DNA from: a virus
Lineage: Duplodnaviria > Caudoviricetes
Virus record (IMG/VR): IMGVR_UViG_2872355237_000003
Length of the DNA stretch: 64,000 bases
Strand: one strand, 5' to 3'
Below are positions 9,954 through 20,526 of the stretch, piece by piece. A model generated the notes under the pieces. It had not been told where the DNA came from. It saw only the letters and a list, made by a program, of their open reading frames with translations, and ran no database searches. Position 1 is the stretch's first letter; each line of letters opens with the position of its first letter. The translations under genes were made by a program, and so were the position numbers.

Positions 9954-10394
9954 ATGAACAAATTAATAAAATATATAGGGGAAAATGATTATCATGACTT
10001 AGAAAAAAACAAACTTTATTTTGTTTCTGATAGTATATCAGGTGATTCATGTGAAGTATTTAGGAGCTATGGTACGTTATATAAAAATGAAGATTACATA
10101 GATGTATCAAAAGAAGATGTAATAAATTATATTCATGACAGGTTAGATGAAGAAATACAAGAAATGCAACAGTCTATAGAAAACAGAGATAGATATTTAA
10201 TGAGTAATGATCCCTACTTTACTTTTTGTGATTGTGGAGTAGACGATAAAACACAAGCAACATTAAACAAGATACATAGTGAATTTCCTATATTATATGA
10301 TAAAGTGGCATTTTTACAATTGTTAAAGGAATATATCAATGACAGTAATAACATACAGTTAAAATATATGGAACATTTAACTAATGAAGATTAA
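9954..10394 (+). CDS. Hypothetical protein
   Basis: GAGGGAG RBS, 146 aa. Confidence 0.7.
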   Translation: MNKLIKYIGENDYHDLEKNKLYFVSDSISGDSCEVFRSYGTLYKNEDYIDVSKEDVINYIHDRLDEEIQEMQQSIENRDRYLMSNDPYFTFCDCGVDDKTQATLNKIHSEFPILYDKVAFLQLLKEYINDSNNIQLKYMEHLTNED

Positions 10395-10521
10395 TACAAA
10401 TATAATGAGAATGTAAACAATCTATATAAAGAAAATAGTTGTAGTGTTTTTGATGATAAACAAATACAAGGTAGAAACATATGGAAATTTGTAATATTAT
10501 ATTAGTAAAGGAAGTGAAAAT

Positions 10522-12339
10522 ATGAAATGGAATTCAGGAAAAATAGAAATGAGATCTATAAATACATTGGAAGATTACTTAACTAGAAATGATTATTTAG
10601 TACCATATATTAGCATTAATGATAAAACTCCATCTTGGGATGGTGAAATATACGTATATAAGTCAAATATTGAAAATAAAGATAATTTATATGGTAAAGT
10701 ACCAATTCAAGTGAAAGGCGTTAAAAATGATAATCTAAATAATACAGAAATATCCTATCCATTTGACGTTAGTGATTTAAAAAATTACAAAGATGAAGGG
10801 GTAATGTTATTTGTTGTTTATATGAAAAATTATAATGAAAGTAAAATATACTATAGCTCACTACAACCTTTTGATTTGTATAGAATAATAAAAACTATTA
10901 AAACAGATCAACAAAAAAAATCTATTCGATTAAAAGAGTTTCCTAAGAAGAATCAGAAAAGTGTGGTTGCAATTTGTAATAATTTCATATCTAATAAAAA
11001 AATTTCAGGAGGAATAGTAGATAATAGAATTTTATCTTTAAATGATATGAAGAATTTAGGACTCAGCACTGATAATCTTTGTTTTAATTGTTCTAAGAAT
11101 TTTCAAAAGGTGATTAAGGATTCTTCAGAGTACGGTACATACCTTTACAAAAAATCTGAGGGACTTAATGTCTACACTCCTATAGATAAAATAGAAATTC
11201 AGCAAATTATTAATAAAGTATCTTCTAATGTTATGGCAGACGGCGAGGTCTTTTATGAAGATTATGATGTAATAACAAAATCGAATGAGTATATAATAGT
11301 CATCGGCAATAGATTTCAATTTAATATTAGCACAGGCAAAATTCATTATGATATTAAAGGAACGTTAACGCAAAGAATACAAGGTATTAAATTCTTTATT
11401 GAATTATTAAGCAATAATAAAATACAAATTAGTGGAGTTGAGTTACCTAATGTAATACCGAAGAGTTGTTCTGAAAATATAGAGGATATAAAAAAAGAGT
11501 TGAATAGGCTTGAAACAATCAGAAGTGTATTAGTAGATAAATTAGGTATAAATGAAGATTTAGAAATGGACAATCTTTCTGAAGAAGATAACTGTAAAAT
11601 TATATGCTTAATTAAGTCATTTGTTCGTAATGAAAGTGTATATATGGATATTGAGACTACAAACATATATAACAATAAAAAATCTATTGATGCAGGTATA
11701 ATTATGGGTAATTTAAATATAGGAAATTTAAGTGTAAAACTACTATTTGCTGTTGAAGGAAATGATAAATATAAATTAATGAATTTTTTCGGTAGTGACA
11801 CACGTAGATTAAATTTAATAGACAATGACAATCAAGTGCATACGGTCAGCTTATACACTCAGCTAAAAAAAGAAGATTTTCTTATAACGTCTAATATAAA
11901 CTATAAAAATATAATTGACTCATATATTAAAATGCCTAAAGCAGAAACACAAAATAATTTATATAATGAGTTGGTGCTTGAAATATTAAGAGCTTATGAT
12001 GAGCAAGAAGAAAAAAATATAAAACTTTTAGAAGTAGCGACAGAAATTACAGAACTACTTTTAAAAGAGCATAAAGAGTCTGAATCATTATTTTTAAAGT
12101 TAAATAAATTTCAAATTATTAAGAGAGAAAGGAAATTTAATTCAAATGAAATAGAGGATCTTTATAAAATAAAATTTAATACAAAAGATAGTGTAAATTT
12201 AATGGCGATTAATATTCTATTGGATAATTTTCAAGAAGTCAATGATTATTTCAATAAATTATCTAAAAAAGAGAAAGACCAGTTTAATAAATATCCTATT
12301 TCAAATTTATGGGATAAAAATTGTAACAATACTATATAG
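10522..12339 (+). CDS. DUF4365-type PD-(D/E)xK nuclease fused to a long C-terminal region; candidate defence protein
   Basis: N-terminal DKTPSWDGEI...PIQVKG, helical C-terminus, own terminator. Confidence 0.65.
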   Translation: MKWNSGKIEMRSINTLEDYLTRNDYLVPYISINDKTPSWDGEIYVYKSNIENKDNLYGKVPIQVKGVKNDNLNNTEISYPFDVSDLKNYKDEGVMLFVVYMKNYNESKIYYSSLQPFDLYRIIKTIKTDQQKKSIRLKEFPKKNQKSVVAICNNFISNKKISGGIVDNRILSLNDMKNLGLSTDNLCFNCSKNFQKVIKDSSEYGTYLYKKSEGLNVYTPIDKIEIQQIINKVSSNVMADGEVFYEDYDVITKSNEYIIVIGNRFQFNISTGKIHYDIKGTLTQRIQGIKFFIELLSNNKIQISGVELPNVIPKSCSENIEDIKKELNRLETIRSVLVDKLGINEDLEMDNLSEEDNCKIICLIKSFVRNESVYMDIETTNIYNNKKSIDAGIIMGNLNIGNLSVKLLFAVEGNDKYKLMNFFGSDTRRLNLIDNDNQVHTVSLYTQLKKEDFLITSNINYKNIIDSYIKMPKAETQNNLYNELVLEILRAYDEQEEKNIKLLEVATEITELLLKEHKESESLFLKLNKFQIIKRERKFNSNEIEDLYKIKFNTKDSVNLMAINILLDNFQEVNDYFNKLSKKEKDQFNKYPISNLWDKNCNNTI

Positions 12340-12342
12340 GAA

Positions 12343-12394
12343 TACTTCTTATGCTTTATCAAATGCTTGGATTTGCGATAAAGCATAAGAAGTA
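12343..12394. terminator. 18-bp perfect inverted repeat terminator
   Basis: TACTTCTTATGCTTTATC / GATAAAGCATAAGAAGTA. Confidence 0.8.
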
Positions 12395-12479
12395 AGACTT
12401 AGAATAAAATAAAAAACTCATTTTATAGGGTTTGAAATTAAATTAAAGAATAAATTAAATCAGAGGAGAGGTTAAATGT

Positions 12480-12647
12480 ATGTTTGCAGATTACGTTAAA
12501 TGTAATTGGTGTGATTCTAAATCATATATACAGAGAGGAAATGATAGTTGCCCCGTTTGTAATAAGGAAGGTTTTTTACAATGGGTAGATGAAGATAATC
12601 AGGAGGTGGAAATTAATGAGGAGTTATTGCAATATTATAGAGAATAA
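12480..12647 (+). CDS. 55-aa zinc-ribbon microprotein (not in ORF track)
   Basis: GAGGAGAGG RBS; MFADYVKCNWCD...CPVCNKEG. Confidence 0.7.
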   Translation: MFADYVKCNWCDSKSYIQRGNDSCPVCNKEGFLQWVDEDNQEVEINEELLQYYRE

Positions 12648-13413
12648 AGATTATTTGTTGGGTATAAAACATATAAATAGTGAAAGTATTGATATTATAA
12701 TTACAGATCCACCATATGGAATTAAATACCAAAACAATTATACACTTTGTAAGCATAAAAAGATTGTAGGTGATGAAGGTATCGATTATAAAAAATTTAG
12801 TGATGAGTGTTATAGGGTATTAAAGAATAATTCTCATGCATATTTTTTTACAAGGTTTGATGTATACCCATATCATTATCAGAGTTTAGTGGAAGCTGGA
12901 TTTTTAGTAAAAAATGTTTTAATTATAGAAAAGGGGCATATTGGTGGATGTGGTGATCTAAAGGGAAGTTATGCTAACAACTGCGAATGGATTATATTTT
13001 GTCAAAAAGGTAGAAAGGTGTTTAATAATACAAAATTAATGAAAAATAATAAGCCAGTAGGCAAAACTTGTGCGAGAAATGGTAATCCAATACAAGAATA
13101 TAAGACTAGATTTAATTGTTGTTGGTTTGGAGATAAATACCCTAAATCCACATATAATTCTTCATGGCAAAAAAAGAATGGCATATTTCATCCAACTATT
13201 AAGAATGTGGATTGTTTAAAATGGCTATTACAAATTAGTAGTAATGAGAATGATATAGTTTTAGATCCGTTTATGGGGAGTGGTAGCACTGCAATAGCCT
13301 GTTTAGAAACTAATAGAAATTACATAGGATATGAAATTGATGAAGAGTATTATAATGTATGTAAAAATAGAATTAATACATATTTAAAAGAAAAAGATGA
13401 GAAAATTTCTTGA
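12616..13413 (+). CDS. Beta-class N4-cytosine/N6-adenine DNA methyltransferase (orphan)
   Basis: TDPPY, HPTIK, LDPFMGSGST; GGAGG RBS before ATG 12616. Confidence 0.92.
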   Translation: MRSYCNIIENKDYLLGIKHINSESIDIIITDPPYGIKYQNNYTLCKHKKIVGDEGIDYKKFSDECYRVLKNNSHAYFFTRFDVYPYHYQSLVEAGFLVKNVLIIEKGHIGGCGDLKGSYANNCEWIIFCQKGRKVFNNTKLMKNNKPVGKTCARNGNPIQEYKTRFNCCWFGDKYPKSTYNSSWQKKNGIFHPTIKNVDCLKWLLQISSNENDIVLDPFMGSGSTAIACLETNRNYIGYEIDEEYYNVCKNRINTYLKEKDEKIS

Positions 13414-13492
13414 TACGCATTTCAAATTACATAAAATGTCTATTTTAAAGTTACTAAATTTAAATTAAAATATAAAGAAAAGTGGTGAATAT

Positions 13493-13669
13493 ATGATATA
13501 TGATATGACTTGGTGTTGTACTCAAAACTGTAAAAATAAAAATAAATGCCTACGATCAAAACATAAAGAAATTAAACAAGGATTTAAATATATAAGCATG
13601 GCTGAATTCAACTGTGATGAAAATAAGGATAGTTATTTTATAAAAGATGATAGGAAAGGTGGATTATAA
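13493..13669 (+). CDS. 58-aa Cys-rich microprotein (not in ORF track)
   Basis: MIYDMTWCCTQNCKNKNKCLR; TAATG coupling to next gene. Confidence 0.65.
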   Translation: MIYDMTWCCTQNCKNKNKCLRSKHKEIKQGFKYISMAEFNCDENKDSYFIKDDRKGGL

Positions 13670-14355
13670 TGAAATTATTTAAAATAGAAATATTAGATTA
13701 TAGCAATAGTCAACAGGAGAGTATAATACATAAAGTTTTTCTTGATGATAAAGAGGAGCTAACATATAGAAGATCAATGGATAATCAAGTAAAACAACAA
13801 ATTATCCGTAATTATAAAATGATTGAATTAAACGTTGAAAATATCAATGATGTTTCTACATTAACATCTAATATGAGTTTATCAGATTTTCAAAAACTTT
13901 TATTATTTAATACAAATCAATCTATAGCGAAAGACAATGTACAACCATTTGCCCTTCATCAATTATCTAAAATCAACCAAGATGAAGTAATTAGCTGGGG
14001 TGGTGGCACGAGCTTTACTTTCTTAAACGAATTAATTACCAAGTATAATGTAAATAATATTTATTTATCTCCATCGTGTTTTACTGAAATCTGTGACTCA
14101 ATAGATGTAAGCTCTAATATTAATCAATTATTAACTCGTTTAGTTACTTCGTATTCTACTTTAAATGAAGATATTATTGAATTGTGGTATTCGGTAAACT
14201 GTGGATTTAACTTTAAAAATCAATGTTATTATGCTTATAATATTAAAATACCATTTAATATAGATGAAAATTTACCTAATAAGAGTTTAATAGGATTACA
14301 TAATAGTAACATAGTGGTAATACATAATATAAAAAAAGAGTATTTAAAAAAATAG
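13669..14355 (+). CDS. Hypothetical protein
   Basis: 228-aa ORF, AAGGTGG RBS. Confidence 0.7.
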   Translation: MKLFKIEILDYSNSQQESIIHKVFLDDKEELTYRRSMDNQVKQQIIRNYKMIELNVENINDVSTLTSNMSLSDFQKLLLFNTNQSIAKDNVQPFALHQLSKINQDEVISWGGGTSFTFLNELITKYNVNNIYLSPSCFTEICDSIDVSSNINQLLTRLVTSYSTLNEDIIELWYSVNCGFNFKNQCYYAYNIKIPFNIDENLPNKSLIGLHNSNIVVIHNIKKEYLKK

Positions 14356-14485
14356 GTGAGGTTTTGTAATAGTAATAACTCAAGATGAAAAATTAAGATT
14401 ATTAAATTAAAAATTAATTTACATATAAAAACAAGTAAAAAAATAAATTAAAAATAAATTTATAAATAAAAGGAGTAATGTTAAT

Positions 14486-15070
14486 ATGAGTTTTGATATT
14501 AGTGAAAACAATATAAAAGCTTTGAAATTTAGAGATGAATTAATTGAGTTATTGAAAAAATATAAATGCAGTTTATCGACTACAGGAAAAGACGATGGGA
14601 ATATGGTTGTAGAATTTTACGATAAAAAACTAAATCAATATAATAATTACATAATGACAGATGACGGTGAAAATTATAATTTATATGTAGAAAACGATAG
14701 TAGTTGTATCATGGATATGATAATCAAAGATGCTTTCGATAGAGATTGTGGCGAAATGTGTGGTTTAAATAATATACAAGTTACATATGGAATAATAACG
14801 AATAATGCTAATAAAGCTGAAGCAAAATTGAAAGAAATATATAATAGTTTGGATGAAAAAGATATTAAAACATTCCGTTTAAGCAGTCATGAAAAATTGT
14901 TAGAATTAAATAATGGTAAATCATATTTTTGGATAGCTCCTCATATGGATCGTAGAGGGTATAGATGTAGAAAAGTAATTATAGATAGAAATATAATAGT
15001 AAAAGAGTTATATAATAATATACTTCCTATGTGTAGGACACAAGGCTTAGAATACGTAGAGATATTTTAA
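14486..15070 (+). CDS. Hypothetical protein
   Basis: AAGGAG RBS, 194 aa. Confidence 0.75.
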   Translation: MSFDISENNIKALKFRDELIELLKKYKCSLSTTGKDDGNMVVEFYDKKLNQYNNYIMTDDGENYNLYVENDSSCIMDMIIKDAFDRDCGEMCGLNNIQVTYGIITNNANKAEAKLKEIYNSLDEKDIKTFRLSSHEKLLELNNGKSYFWIAPHMDRRGYRCRKVIIDRNIIVKELYNNILPMCRTQGLEYVEIF

Positions 15071-15089
15071 TCTAAGGAGTTGATAAAAA

Positions 15090-15314
15090 TTATATCATGA
15101 TATATCTAATTATATAGAAAATGATATTGCAGGGAAGACAACCATCAATTGTTCAAATGAACAACTTGACGAACATGTCAAGTCTATAAAATGTGAAATT
15201 ACACCTATCAAAGAATCTATTTCTAAAAAATCGTCAGTTAATTGGATTGAAATAACTAAATTATTAATGAATTTTATAGAGCTTTTGTTTAAAGCGTACA
15301 CTTGTTTTAAGTAA
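15090..15314 (+). pseudogene. 74-codon ORF with RBS but no canonical start (TTA at expected position)
   Basis: AAGGAG at 15074-15079; open frame LYHDISNYIENDIAGKTT...CFK*. Confidence 0.45.
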
Positions 15315-15341
15315 ATAAAATTTGAGTTTTAAGTTAAATTG

Positions 15342-15373
15342 AAAGACGCTAGTTAAACACTAGCGTCTTTTTT
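15342..15373 (+). terminator. Rho-independent terminator
   Basis: AAAGACGCTAGT / ACTAGCGTCTTT plus T-tract. Confidence 0.85.
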
Positions 15374-15400
15374 GTTTTATTAAAAGGTATAAATTAAATA

Positions 15401-15459
15401 AAAATAAATTAAAATATATTAAAACAATAGTTGACATTAGAAAAGTATGGTAGTATACT
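15401..15459 (+). promoter_or_regulatory. Strong SigA-type promoter with conserved upstream box
   Basis: AATTAAAAT-15 nt-TTGACA (15431)-17 nt-TATACT. Confidence 0.8.
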
Positions 15460-15513
15460 TATAAATGTGGAAAGGAGATACAAACAATCTAAAATACAAA
15501 TTAGTTAAAAGGC

Positions 15514-15729
15514 ATGTGGATAGTAATGTTAAATTATGATTCTGAAAAATTAACAAAAGATAATAAAATTTATATCAAAGACTTTGATGACACGGAATAT
15601 TGCTTAACTGTAGGTGAATTAAAATTAATGGACTATCATACACAAGAATTTGTAAGAATAATCAGTTTCAATGAGTATGATAGAATTAATAACAAACTAG
15701 ATAAAATAATATCAACTAAATTAAATTAA
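15514..15729 (+). CDS. Hypothetical protein
   Basis: 71-aa ORF after promoter, weak RBS. Confidence 0.5.
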   Translation: MWIVMLNYDSEKLTKDNKIYIKDFDDTEYCLTVGELKLMDYHTQEFVRIISFNEYDRINNKLDKIISTKLN

Positions 15730-15756
15730 AATATAATTTATAAGGGAGTGTGATTT

Positions 15757-16335
15757 ATGAATAAACCAAAAATAATTTTAGTTTTAGGGCAATCTGCAAG
15801 TGGTAAGTCAACTATAATAGAAGAAATGGAATGGTATGGATATAAAGCTATACAAAGTTATACTACTAGACCTAAAAGAACTAAAAATGAAAAAGGACAT
15901 ATATTTGTTAGAGAAAAAGATTACACATTTATTAGAGATGACAAAACCAATGAAATAAAGATATATGACAAACTAGGAAATGAAGTTGATACTGTAGCTT
16001 ATACATATTTTAATGGTAATCATTATTGGGCAACCATGGATCAAGTTGAGGAAAGTACATATTACATCATAGATAAGGCAGGAGTAGATTATTTCGCTAA
16101 TAAAGTAGAAAGCAGAGTAGATTACAAAATCGTATATGTTACAGTTCCATTCTTGACTAGAATTAAAAGATTAATAAAGAGGGATGGATTAGCAAAAGGA
16201 ATATCAAGATTGATTAATGATTTTAAGATGTTCAGAGGATTAAAATATGATACAAAGATAATTAATAGAGACTTAGCACAAAGCGTTCAGGAGTTAAGAA
16301 AGATAACTAGTGGGTTTATGAATATGAAGGAGTGA
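15757..16335 (+). CDS. Guanylate kinase-like nucleotide kinase
   Basis: GQSASGKST P-loop, SYTTRPKR, H-x-FV. Confidence 0.85.
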   Translation: MNKPKIILVLGQSASGKSTIIEEMEWYGYKAIQSYTTRPKRTKNEKGHIFVREKDYTFIRDDKTNEIKIYDKLGNEVDTVAYTYFNGNHYWATMDQVEESTYYIIDKAGVDYFANKVESRVDYKIVYVTVPFLTRIKRLIKRDGLAKGISRLINDFKMFRGLKYDTKIINRDLAQSVQELRKITSGFMNMKE

Positions 16336-16341
16336 TATAGA

Positions 16342-16974
16342 ATGATGATATTATACGTATTTGGCAATATTCTATTTGGTATAGCTATGTTGACGGTATG
16401 GCTTGGATTGTTGGATTTAGATATACCAGATGAAATTGCTATATTGGGAGCTATATTAGGAGTATTAGTGTGGATACCTTATGGTATATATAAATTAATT
16501 ACATATCCAATAAAGAAAAAGTCATCAATAAAAACGAAAAAACAACAAGAAATAAATAAGATTAGAAATAACGTGTTAAGCTTATGCAAATATAAAGAAT
16601 ATTATAAAATAACATCAAATTCAGGGTTGCAATTTGAACTTCAACAATGTTCACAGCTATATCTAAAATTACAATCCTATCAAGAAATTAATGCATTGCA
16701 TAATAATAGAGTAGAAAAAGTGTTTATTAGCACAATAAACTATTTACTAGAAATAAAGAAACAATGTGAAGAATATGATGCAGAAATAGAAGATAAGAAA
16801 AAGCAAATAATAGATAAATTATTAAATTTCTTAATCAAGGAAGAAGAAGTTTATTGTAAAGAATATACAGAGATGAAAAATAAAGATAAAGAGATAATTA
16901 AAACTCAATTGGATAAGTTTAATAACACTATAGATGCTTATATGGAAATTGAAGATATAGGAAAGGATGATTAA
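16342..16974 (+). CDS. Membrane protein (two N-terminal TM helices plus coiled coil)
   Basis: Hydrophobic N-terminal segments, AAGGAG RBS. Confidence 0.7.
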   Translation: MMILYVFGNILFGIAMLTVWLGLLDLDIPDEIAILGAILGVLVWIPYGIYKLITYPIKKKSSIKTKKQQEINKIRNNVLSLCKYKEYYKITSNSGLQFELQQCSQLYLKLQSYQEINALHNNRVEKVFISTINYLLEIKKQCEEYDAEIEDKKKQIIDKLLNFLIKEEEVYCKEYTEMKNKDKEIIKTQLDKFNNTIDAYMEIEDIGKDD

Positions 16975-17442
16975 ATGATAAAATTATATATGTTAGTATT
17001 TATATTAAAATTAGTAGATTGCATATTTACAACAATTAAAACAAAAGCGTTAATATACGGATATGATAAATTTGCAGGAATATTAAAAGGTGTAGCCTCC
17101 ATTACAAATGCTATAATATTAATGAATGTAGTAATAGCTAAAAGTTATATAGGAATAATTGTAATAGGGGTTGCTGAAACTTTAGGAACATTTTTAGCTA
17201 CAGGATTATTTAACAAGTTTAAAAAGGATGAGGAATGGACATTCTTTGTAGCTCCAAAAACGAGGGAGGACAGTAAAGTAATAGCTGATACACTAAGAGA
17301 TAAAGGAATACATGCTTATACTATAGAAGGATATTATAATAAAAATTCTGTGTTGAGTTGTATTGTATCGGCTAAGACAAAAGGAGAAAGCAAAACAGTA
17401 TTTAAGGTGTGCAAGGATAAAGCTAAATGCAAAAGGATGTAA
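16975..17442 (+). CDS. UPF0316/DUF5698-like membrane protein
   Basis: Three TM segments then LRDKGIHAYTIEGY. Confidence 0.6.
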   Translation: MIKLYMLVFILKLVDCIFTTIKTKALIYGYDKFAGILKGVASITNAIILMNVVIAKSYIGIIVIGVAETLGTFLATGLFNKFKKDEEWTFFVAPKTREDSKVIADTLRDKGIHAYTIEGYYNKNSVLSCIVSAKTKGESKTVFKVCKDKAKCKRM

Positions 17443-17510
17443 ATTAAGACTTTTATCGTAAGTGATAATGTGTAATGATTATATTATATGTGAAAAGGAG
17501 GAAATATTTT

Positions 17511-17774
17511 ATGAATATGAAGAAATGTACGTATGTAGCTATATTAACACAAGATTTAGAATGTGGAGGTTATTGTATTACATTCCCTGATTTTAAAGGA
17601 TGTATAACAGAAGGTGATGACATAGCAGACGCTTATTATATGGCACATGATGCACTAGAATTGCATTTAACAGGTATGTTAGAAGATGGAGATGAAATAC
17701 CTTCACCAACAGATTTAAAAGATATTGAGTTGGACAAAGGTCAATATACTATGGTAGTACAAGTTGAAATATAG
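17511..17774 (+). CDS. HicB-family antitoxin (no adjacent hicA)
   Basis: YCITFPDFKGCITEGD...AHDALELHL...IPSPT; AGGAGG RBS. Confidence 0.9.
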   Translation: MNMKKCTYVAILTQDLECGGYCITFPDFKGCITEGDDIADAYYMAHDALELHLTGMLEDGDEIPSPTDLKDIELDKGQYTMVVQVEI

Positions 17775-17785
17775 GAGGAGTTACA

Positions 17786-18214
17786 ATGAGTAAAAAATAT
17801 AAAGGTTGGGAAATTCTTAAAATGACAGAGGAAAGAAAGTTTAAGGAAGGAGATAGAATAGCGGTAAACGATGTAGTTTACTTTACATTCAATGGTAGTT
17901 ATGCGTGGTTAGATAGAGATAAGCATGTAGTAGGAATATCAAGCTTTACTTTAGCAAATTTTGAAATAATCCAAAAGGCAGTAGATTTTATGGAGGCATT
18001 AAACAGTGGTAAAAATTGCTGGGTGGAACATCCATATATATCTTGGGTTGAATGTTTGGATTGTGACGGTCGTACAAAGAGATGTTTTGAAATCCTAATA
18101 CAAAAACAGCCTCAGTCTATTAAAGATGTATTACGAGTTTTGTCATATAAATGTAGTGATAATAAATCATTCGTGGAAATAATAAATGATGGAGAGTGGT
18201 ATATAGAAGAATAA
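17786..18214 (+). CDS. Hypothetical phage protein
   Basis: AGGAGGAG RBS, 142 aa. Confidence 0.7.
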   Translation: MSKKYKGWEILKMTEERKFKEGDRIAVNDVVYFTFNGSYAWLDRDKHVVGISSFTLANFEIIQKAVDFMEALNSGKNCWVEHPYISWVECLDCDGRTKRCFEILIQKQPQSIKDVLRVLSYKCSDNKSFVEIINDGEWYIEE

Positions 18215-18577
18215 ATAAGTACATAAATTGGAGTTTTTATAATTATATGGGAGACAGTGGTTATAACCACATTTTAATAATGCTATACAGTTAATATGTA
18301 AAAATAAACTTTGATTATAATTTAAATGTTATTATATTGGGTAAAAATAGAAGATTTCACGATGAGGATTAAGAAAGTAGTTATAATACAACAAATATAA
18401 ATAAGTGCTATAAATAAAACAACTTGAATATTTGGTGATAAAACTTTAATATTAAAGTAATATGGTAGCATTTACAATAAATAATTGGTAATAAAATAAA
18501 TGACATCATATTTTTTAACAAAATCAGTATAAAAAAGAACAACGATAATATTTGCAATACGACGAGGGGGTGATAAT

Positions 18578-18868
18578 ATGATGAAACATTTGTTAATGAA
18601 AGGTTCTTATACTTATTGGGAGGTGATTATATTAAAAAATAGTTTAATTAGTACAATTAAAAGACTAGAAAGATATCCTATAATAAATGTTGAAATCAAA
18701 AATACGTTAAGAAATTTAAAACCATATGTAAAAGAATATGATAATGTTTTAAGCTCAATGTCAGTTACAGATTGTATAGAGGACAGGGAAATAGTAATAG
18801 GCTTTAATAAGACAAGCCAATGTATTGGTAATATAAATAATGTGTTGAATAATACTCATTTATTATAA
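18578..18868 (+). CDS. Hypothetical protein
   Basis: GAGGGGG RBS, 96 aa. Confidence 0.55.
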   Translation: MMKHLLMKGSYTYWEVIILKNSLISTIKRLERYPIINVEIKNTLRNLKPYVKEYDNVLSSMSVTDCIEDREIVIGFNKTSQCIGNINNVLNNTHLL

Positions 18869-18883
18869 GGGGGGAATAAAACA

Positions 18884-20143
18884 ATGTCAAATGAAATTTT
18901 TAAAAAACAATTTGGAGAACTATATGACTTATCTATAATTAAATATGAATGTGGTAAGGGTTTACTTTCAAACGATAATAATGAATATAGCGTTAATTGG
19001 GAATTAAATATGGATATAAAAGGGGATATTACTTTGATGGTCTGTTTAAATCAAAGAATAAAATATTCAACTACAAATGAGTTTATTAAGTATAATTTAA
19101 TAGGTACTACATTAAACAATACATGGAAAGTTTTAGCTAAAGATATAATGTTTAATATATGTGAAGTTGAAATTAATGAATGTAAATATAAATTAACAGG
19201 AAGCCCCAAAACTGTAGATTTTGTTAAAATTAAAAATAATTTTATTAAAAAAAATAATAAAATTAGATTAAAGGCAGGGATAAATAATTTTAAGTTCGCA
19301 GGACTAGAATATTCAAATAATAATGGTAGATATATTAGAGATAAATTTAAGGTAGATATAAATGAAACAGAAGTCTATTTTAAATTGAAAGAAAATATAA
19401 AGCAAATCGAACAATTTATAGAAGGACACAGAATTGAGTCAGCAGTAATGTCGTATATATGTTTTGATATCGAGCAAAATTATAATATAGAAGATATAGA
19501 AAAATTTTTGTCAGATATTTCATGGTTTCTTTCTTTAATCACATTAAATACAACGTTTGTTCCTTATATAGAAATTTATAATAATGATGAAATTATATAT
19601 AAAAGATTAAAAAATGATATATTAAAGTATAGGTACAGTAAAAATGAAATTATAGATAATTTTAATATTAAGAATGGTATAAAAAATATATTTAATGAAA
19701 ATTTTAATCATTATGTAGAAATAAAAGATTGTTTAAAGTTGCCTGAATTTATAAATACTTTATTAAAAATAGAAAATGAAGATATAATAGAGTTTAAATT
19801 AGTATTTTTAATATTAGCATATGAACAAATATTAACAAATTATTTATTAAGTGAAAATGCAATAAAGGAAAAAGAAATAGAAAAACTTAGCATCGAGGAC
19901 AAAATAAAAAAAGTCAATGGGATATTAAGATTTATACATAGCAAAAATCAAGGAAGTGATTTGAGAAGTGGCGTGAGAAATCCATTATTTCATACGGGTT
20001 TGTTAACATTACTTAAATTTGATGAAAGGATAGATATCTTTAATAAATATTATGATATGATATTTAAAATAATATTTAAAATTATAGGATATAAAGGAGA
20101 ATATATCGAAAGAATCGAACATAGTGTAGTAGATTTTAAATAA
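18884..20143 (+). CDS. HEPN-domain protein (ApeA-like), candidate anti-phage RNase
   Basis: C-terminal RNPLFH (Rx4H) with upstream AYE helix; beta-rich N-terminus. Confidence 0.65.
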   Translation: MSNEIFKKQFGELYDLSIIKYECGKGLLSNDNNEYSVNWELNMDIKGDITLMVCLNQRIKYSTTNEFIKYNLIGTTLNNTWKVLAKDIMFNICEVEINECKYKLTGSPKTVDFVKIKNNFIKKNNKIRLKAGINNFKFAGLEYSNNNGRYIRDKFKVDINETEVYFKLKENIKQIEQFIEGHRIESAVMSYICFDIEQNYNIEDIEKFLSDISWFLSLITLNTTFVPYIEIYNNDEIIYKRLKNDILKYRYSKNEIIDNFNIKNGIKNIFNENFNHYVEIKDCLKLPEFINTLLKIENEDIIEFKLVFLILAYEQILTNYLLSENAIKEKEIEKLSIEDKIKKVNGILRFIHSKNQGSDLRSGVRNPLFHTGLLTLLKFDERIDIFNKYYDMIFKIIFKIIGYKGEYIERIEHSVVDFK

Positions 20144-20160
20144 AAAATAACGTTATTAAT

Positions 20161-20203
20161 TATCCTTATATATAAGATGTTGTATCATTTATATATAAGG
20201 ATA
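20161..20203. terminator. 15-bp inverted repeat terminator
   Basis: TATCCTTATATATAA / TTATATATAAGGATA. Confidence 0.75.
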
Positions 20204-20228
20204 TAAAAACTTGATTTTATAATAAATA

Positions 20229-20287
20229 AAAATAAATTAAATTATTTTCAAATAAGTATTGACAAGTAAAAGCAAGCATGGTAATAT
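20229..20287 (+). promoter_or_regulatory. SigA-type promoter with conserved upstream box
   Basis: AATTAAATT-15 nt-TTGACA (20259)-17 nt-TAATAT with TG extension. Confidence 0.7.
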
Positions 20288-20358
20288 ATACTTGTAGCAA
20301 GGAAGAGGTACAGAAAAACAACAAGTAAAAATATATTACATATAAGGGAGATAGCAAT

Positions 20359-20526
20359 ATGAAAACTTTAAGATGCATTAAAGAAGCCGAAGGATTTACA
20401 GTAAGACAAGAATACAAATGTTTAGGACTAGATGAATTTGGATTCGGCAAGAAAATTATAAACGACAACAATGAAGAAATAGTTATGAATTTAGATAGTG
20501 TAAAAGAGTATTTTCAAGAGGTATAA
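20359..20526 (+). CDS. 55-aa hypothetical protein (not in ORF track)
   Basis: AAGGGAG RBS; MKTLRCIKEAEGFTVRQEYK. Confidence 0.7.
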   Translation: MKTLRCIKEAEGFTVRQEYKCLGLDEFGFGKKIINDNNEEIVMNLDSVKEYFQEV

